Part shown: piece after piece, positions 50,324 through 54,502 of the stretch
How the letters are laid out: each line of letters starts with the position of its first letter
Numbering within the stretch: the stretch's first letter is position 1
Source of the DNA: Clostridia bacterium
GTDB taxonomy: Bacteria; Bacillota; Clostridia; UMGS1810
Direction of reading: 5' to 3'
Length of the DNA: 54,502 bases
Assembly (NCBI GenBank): GCA_045614005.1
Contig: JAZLCB010000164.1
Location: forward strand, 1-54,502
The notes under the pieces: model-generated
Told to the model about the DNA's origin: nothing
What the model saw: only the letters and a program-made list of their open reading frames with translations
The model's database searches: none
Position numbers and translations under genes: made by a program

Positions 50324-50509
50324 ATGCAGTTTTTACCCTATGAAGTTATATGCAACGGTTCTACCGTTGGACGCGTAGCCAATATGCAGTTGGCTAAGGT
50401 GCTTGCTGTCGCCCTTATGGATAATGTCAGTGACATTCAGTCTTTAAGCATTCAGCAGATGGTACCTCCGGTTAATCCCGCCGAAAATAAGGTTCTTGAA
50501 AATGAGTGA
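50324..50509 (+). CDS. hypothetical protein
   Basis: 61-aa ORF, AGGAGGA upstream. Confidence 0.45.
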   Translation: MQFLPYEVICNGSTVGRVANMQLAKVLAVALMDNVSDIQSLSIQQMVPPVNPAENKVLENE

Positions 50510-51020
50510 TATTTCTAAGGCACTAGAATCCCTGAGAGAGGATTTCGCTTCAGCAGATGCTTTAGTGGATGAAATCTACGATAAGTATTTTGAGCTGTAT
50601 TTTCGAGAACTGAACCAAAATTTCTTACGGTTCCGGGATGCAGATACTCCTATTACCGATAAGGAATTGGAGTGGATACTTACATCCCTCCCGTTAAAGC
50701 TGTTCTCCGTATCTAATGCTTTGGCTCAGTTCAAACAGCATAATGAAATCGTAAAGCTGAAGATAAAACAGCGTAGCAAGTCGAAGGATAAGGACGCGGA
50801 GGCTGATGGTTTGGACGAGGAATACAAGCTGATGTCCATTATCTATGCGTCTGTCATAACTAGAGTTGAGGCTGAGATATCTTTTTCTAAGGAACTGATA
50901 ATGGGGTCTAAGAAGGTGTGGGATGCAAGGCGCACCGGTGAAAAGCCTCCCGTTGGCGAGGTAGTCCCGGAGGAAAAGCCTGAGATTCCCGACTACCGGT
51001 TAAACAACATAGTAATATAA
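50502..51020 (+). CDS. hypothetical protein
   Basis: ATG 50502 overlaps the upstream stop. Helical and charged. Confidence 0.5.
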   Translation: MSDISKALESLREDFASADALVDEIYDKYFELYFRELNQNFLRFRDADTPITDKELEWILTSLPLKLFSVSNALAQFKQHNEIVKLKIKQRSKSKDKDAEADGLDEEYKLMSIIYASVITRVEAEISFSKELIMGSKKVWDARRTGEKPPVGEVVPEEKPEIPDYRLNNIVI

Positions 51021-51032
51021 GGAGATGTATTT

Positions 51033-52241
51033 ATGGGTGTCTATGCTGATATCATAAAGAAATGTGAAAAAGAATGGGCATGTCCTGATTTGATGGAGAG
51101 CGTAAATAAGACGGGCGGTAAGAAGATTCCGTTCTCGTCACCTTCATTGAATTGGTCAACCTACGGTGGTGTCCCGAGGGCCGCTCTGACTGAGTTCTAC
51201 GGTATGCCCGGTGGCGGTAAGTCCACATCGGCTATTGATATCTGTAAGAATGCTTTGGATATCTTTACTGCTGAGTTCACGGAAGAAGCTATGCGACTTC
51301 AGGAACAAGTGGCTAAGGGCAAGAAGGATAAGAAGATAGAGTTGCAGGATTTGAACGACAGAGGACCTAAGAAGGTTCTCTACATTGACCTTGAACACTC
51401 ATTCGATAAGAAATGGGCTTCAGTTCTCGGTATCAGCAATATGGCTATTGCCGTCATGCAACCACCGGATATTCCGGCTGAGGCTATTCTTCAGAAGATT
51501 AGGGAGCTGATAGCTTCCGGTGAAGTCGGTTTAATCGTCTTGGATTCCATCCCGTCATTGGTAACCAAAGCCGAGTTGGATAAGAAGCTTGATGACGAGA
51601 AGCAGGCATTTGCTTCATCGTTGGCAGGCAGGGTAACCGTCTTCTGCCGTGAGATTACTCAGATGCTTCAGCGTTATGACTGTACGATGATATTCATCAA
51701 TCAGATTCGTACAAACATGGACAATCCCTATGTGGATAATACGCCGGGTGGTAATGCTATCAAGTTCTATGCCTCACTGCGTTTGAAGTTCACTTTAGGC
51801 GACCCGGTTGATTTCTTAGGCAACGAGTTGAAGAAGTCCGCAGAGAATCCCGCCGGCTATAAGATTTCCGTTACGGTCAAGAAGCAGAAGTCAGCTCCGT
51901 TCGACAGAAAGTCTGCTGAGTATTACCTGATGGCTCAGTCCGGTCTTCGCGTTGACTTCGAGTTTGCTAACCTCGCTATCAAGCGCTATGAAATTATCAG
52001 GAAGAATATGGGGTGGTATATTGTTTGTGACCCTGAGACAAAAGAACCTTTAGAGGTTGATGATAAGGTCATCAAGGTAAACGGCTTGGCTAAGGTTTAT
52101 GACTATCTTCAGGCAAACCCTGAGTATTATGAGAAACTGCGTCAGTTCATTATTGCCGACATTAATCATAATGGCTTGGATGTGGCGGAAGTATCCGACG
52201 CGGGTGAATCTATAATCCCGGAGTATGAGGTTGATGAATAA
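51033..52241 (+). CDS. recA: RecA-family recombinase
   Basis: Walker A GMPGGGKST, Walker B LIVLDSIPSL, FINQIR, GGNAIKFYAS. Confidence 0.85.
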   Translation: MGVYADIIKKCEKEWACPDLMESVNKTGGKKIPFSSPSLNWSTYGGVPRAALTEFYGMPGGGKSTSAIDICKNALDIFTAEFTEEAMRLQEQVAKGKKDKKIELQDLNDRGPKKVLYIDLEHSFDKKWASVLGISNMAIAVMQPPDIPAEAILQKIRELIASGEVGLIVLDSIPSLVTKAELDKKLDDEKQAFASSLAGRVTVFCREITQMLQRYDCTMIFINQIRTNMDNPYVDNTPGGNAIKFYASLRLKFTLGDPVDFLGNELKKSAENPAGYKISVTVKKQKSAPFDRKSAEYYLMAQSGLRVDFEFANLAIKRYEIIRKNMGWYIVCDPETKEPLEVDDKVIKVNGLAKVYDYLQANPEYYEKLRQFIIADINHNGLDVAEVSDAGESIIPEYEVDE

Positions 52242-52740
52242 TAAGTATTTTTCTAATCGTCAGGAACAGATGATTTCAAAGTATCTCGGATGGGGGCAGG
52301 TGACCGGTAGTGGTTCCCGCCCTACCGCTCCGGGAGATGTAAAGTCAAGCCATTGGCTTGGTGAGTGCAAGACGCATGATACTGAGCGTAGTAATGTGGT
52401 CTTTATGAAGTGCCATTGGTTCAAGATTTGTAATGAAGCCATGTCCAAGGGCAGATATCCCGTGCTGTTCGTAGATAACGGAACACAGTTATCCGACAAC
52501 ACATGGGTAATGACTTCCATACGAGTATTCGACCCTGAGAAATTAAATATTATCCCGGGGTTGAAGAACAATGCGACCAAGGGCAACTCCCTTAACTTTA
52601 ATCTTGCAGACGCTCAGGCGTTGTATAAGTCAAATTCTGTGGATGATAAGGTAAACATGTTTTCCATCGCATGGGACGGCAGGGACTTGGCAATAATCCC
52701 GTTGTCCGTATTTAAGGATTTTATCGAGGAAAGTTTCTAA
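52225..52740 (+). CDS. PD-(D/E)XK-type nuclease, candidate Holliday-junction resolvase
   Basis: GDVKSSHWLGECKTH (D...E.K). Immediately follows recA-like gene. Start could be ATG 52225 or ATG 52234. Confidence 0.4.
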   Translation: MRLMNNKYFSNRQEQMISKYLGWGQVTGSGSRPTAPGDVKSSHWLGECKTHDTERSNVVFMKCHWFKICNEAMSKGRYPVLFVDNGTQLSDNTWVMTSIRVFDPEKLNIIPGLKNNATKGNSLNFNLADAQALYKSNSVDDKVNMFSIAWDGRDLAIIPLSVFKDFIEESF

Positions 52741-53651
52741 TGCTGTCTATCCAAGACGCGGGTTTAAGCGTATTCAGCGATAAGCCGAAGAAGTTCTATA
52801 TCTTCGGAGGGGCTGAGTATGGCATCAAGGATAAGTACATCGAGATATTGGTTTCCAAGATAGGGTCTAAGCTCGAATATCAGACTGTCATGGATGTTAT
52901 CAACCTAATGTCCCGGTATCAGATTATCCCGTTGGAGCCTCAGGTTTATGTAGTACGCTATGATAAATCCTTTATCAGCGGTCTGACAAAAGAATTGGCT
53001 GATAAGATTCTGAGGATGCCTATCATCGGCACCTTAGTTCTTATATACGAGGATGACCGAGATATCTCCAAGTTGAACAAGTTCTTCCCGGACAGTACGG
53101 TATCCATTGATGCTATCGATTCTAAGCACTTGACGAAGTACCTGAAATCAGATTTCCCGGAACTTGATAAAAAGACCTTGGAATATACAGCCAAGCATGC
53201 TCGTAACTACTTTCAGGCTAAGAGCATCTGCCGGTGCCTTGATGCTATTAAAACCAAAATGATTTTAACTGAGAATCAGATAGTATCGCTGTTCGATTTG
53301 CAGGCTACCTATACCAACGAGGATATACAGATGGCGGTAGCCGACCGCAACTTCAATGCTTTGTCATACATCGTAGAACACTATGAAGGTGACTTACAGA
53401 ATATCCTTTATCAGATATTGCGCACGATGGTTGAATTGGACAAATGCTTTGAATCCAAGTACAGCAAGTCTCCGCTAAAAGAGTGTGCGAAGAAGTGGAC
53501 TAGGGCAGATGTCTATTACATGTTTGAGCATACATATGAAGCCATAAAGGAGTTGAGGTCGGGGTGCGTCATCGAATTGGATGACCTGATAACTTATCTC
53601 GGGGCTTTGCTGATGTTCAAAACCATTCCGGATACGAGGCTATTAAAATGA
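52740..53651 (+). CDS. DNA polymerase III delta (HolA)-like clamp-loader subunit
   Basis: N-terminal KKFYIFGGAEYGIKDKYIEIL resembles the HolA start (vyLlyGeE.yl). 303 aa. Sits in the replication module. Confidence 0.4.
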   Translation: MLSIQDAGLSVFSDKPKKFYIFGGAEYGIKDKYIEILVSKIGSKLEYQTVMDVINLMSRYQIIPLEPQVYVVRYDKSFISGLTKELADKILRMPIIGTLVLIYEDDRDISKLNKFFPDSTVSIDAIDSKHLTKYLKSDFPELDKKTLEYTAKHARNYFQAKSICRCLDAIKTKMILTENQIVSLFDLQATYTNEDIQMAVADRNFNALSYIVEHYEGDLQNILYQILRTMVELDKCFESKYSKSPLKECAKKWTRADVYYMFEHTYEAIKELRSGCVIELDDLITYLGALLMFKTIPDTRLLK

Positions 53652-53806
53652 TTATGCACTTAATTGACAGAGACGCGTTGGTTCAGGCGATGAATAAGTA
53701 TATTGAAGAACGCGGTGGTACCCTAGATGGGTATGAGGATACCAAGCACATTTTAGAACTTATAGACCTTGCACCGGTCATATCTACACATATAGTAAAA
53801 CCGTAA
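53648..53806 (+). CDS. small hypothetical protein (52 aa)
   Basis: ATGA coupling to the upstream gene. Fills the gap up to the next promoter box. Confidence 0.35.
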   Translation: MIMHLIDRDALVQAMNKYIEERGGTLDGYEDTKHILELIDLAPVISTHIVKP

Positions 53807-53818
53807 TCGTTATTATAT
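53805..53818 (+). promoter_or_regulatory. class-1 promoter-like motif AATCGTTATTATAT
   Basis: Exact consensus, 20 nt before ATG 53839. Confidence 0.5.
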
Positions 53819-53838
53819 GTAAGCATGATACGGGAGGT

Positions 53839-54249
53839 ATGTCTATGCAGTTAGTTCTTAATGTAAGTGATGAGGTATTTGAAAGTACACTAGAGAAGCA
53901 ATTGTCCGCAGTAAAGCCTGAGGACTTGCAGGAAGCATTATCCGGTGCGATAAAGGAGTATTTCACCAAAGAGCAGAACTTGGAGAAGATACTGTTCAGT
54001 AGAGACGGATACGGTTCTTATGGCTATCGTCCTACGGAAATCTTTAAGCAGGTTTTGGTATCCTTGGACTATTCAGGTCTTCAGGTTGTTGCTGATGACT
54101 GTATCAAGCTACTTACGGAACGCTATGAGAGCTTTCTGCGTGGCGTGTTTACGCAGATGTTAGTTGACCAACTGACCACATCTTACTCGTTCCAACAAGC
54201 GTTGCAGTCGGCTATAAGCAGTGAGTTATATAGGCAACAGTGCAATTGA
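53839..54249 (+). CDS. hypothetical protein
   Basis: 136-aa ORF, GGGAGG upstream. Confidence 0.55.
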   Translation: MSMQLVLNVSDEVFESTLEKQLSAVKPEDLQEALSGAIKEYFTKEQNLEKILFSRDGYGSYGYRPTEIFKQVLVSLDYSGLQVVADDCIKLLTERYESFLRGVFTQMLVDQLTTSYSFQQALQSAISSELYRQQCN

Positions 54250-54264
54250 CCGGGAGGCGTTCTT

Positions 54265-54502
54265 ATGACAGTAGGCGGGATTTTAATAGGTATTCTTCTT
54301 TCATTATTACCCTTAGTCGCTATAGGCTGTATTGCCTATTATCTGCATGAATCCAAAGACCATGTAGTTGCAGGTGTCCTCGGAATAGTAATTTCCGTGA
54401 TTGTCTTGTGTGCTATATGGATAGGTCTAGCTTGGTACTACAGCAATACGGCATCCGGTCAGAGAGCTTTGAAAACTCAGAAAAGTGAGTTTGGCGACGG
54501 CT
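54265..54502 (+). CDS. membrane protein, N-terminal part (3' end outside window)
   Basis: ATG 54265 follows GGGAGG. Two hydrophobic segments. The frame stays open to the window end. Confidence 0.45.
   Translation, partial: MTVGGILIGILLSLLPLVAIGCIAYYLHESKDHVVAGVLGIVISVIVLCAIWIGLAWYYSNTASGQRALKTQKSEFGDG

Overview
The window reads as one contiguous piece of a large dsDNA phage genome. Genes are densely packed, and all convincing ones but one lie on the + strand. Many are translationally coupled through ATGA or TAATG overlaps. Strong AGGAGG-type ribosome-binding sites, a Tn916-type ArdA and a Listeria-Bacteroides-repeat fibre protein point to a Firmicutes-like host.

Layout:
- 1-9.5 kb: accessory genes, including a GT2-Stealth fusion, a papain-like peptidase domain, an HD hydrolase and a small ATPase flanked by membrane proteins.
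- 9.7-14.7 kb: UvrD-like helicase, Rad50/SbcC-like ATPase and several tiny zinc-ribbon proteins.
- 14.9-19.2 kb: ArdA, two tandem paralogous repeat proteins and an SF2 helicase, each behind a sigmaA-like promoter.
- 20-21.9 kb: micro-ORFs and a holin-like gene.
- 22-27.8 kb: three fibre or receptor-binding proteins.
- 27.9-34.2 kb: acidic proteins of unknown function.
- 34.2-35.8 kb: the only minus-strand gene (sigma-factor-like), followed by a 713-bp ORF-free control region.
- 35.8-53.7 kb: a complete bacterial-style replisome and recombination module. It holds a loader-like protein, DnaB, a Mom-like GNAT, an XRE regulator, primase, a gp32-like SSB, family A polymerase, beta clamp, a Cas4-like nuclease, gamma/tau and delta-like clamp-loader subunits, RecA and a resolvase-like nuclease.

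No rRNA, tRNA, CRISPR array, integrase or transposase was recognised.

Most notable non-genic signals:
- a TTCC-N11-GGAA palindrome present five times;
- two recurrent promoter-like motifs, AATCGTTAWTATAT and AACCTTWTATA;
- a 19-bp perfect inverted repeat in the control region.

Most notable protein-level signals:
- an M-x-[RK]-Y-I-[KR]-S N-terminal tag shared by unrelated proteins;
- the tandem repeat-protein pair;
- a phage-borne GT2-Stealth fusion;
- a Mom-like acyltransferase.

Every functional call comes from motif recognition by eye. No database search was run.
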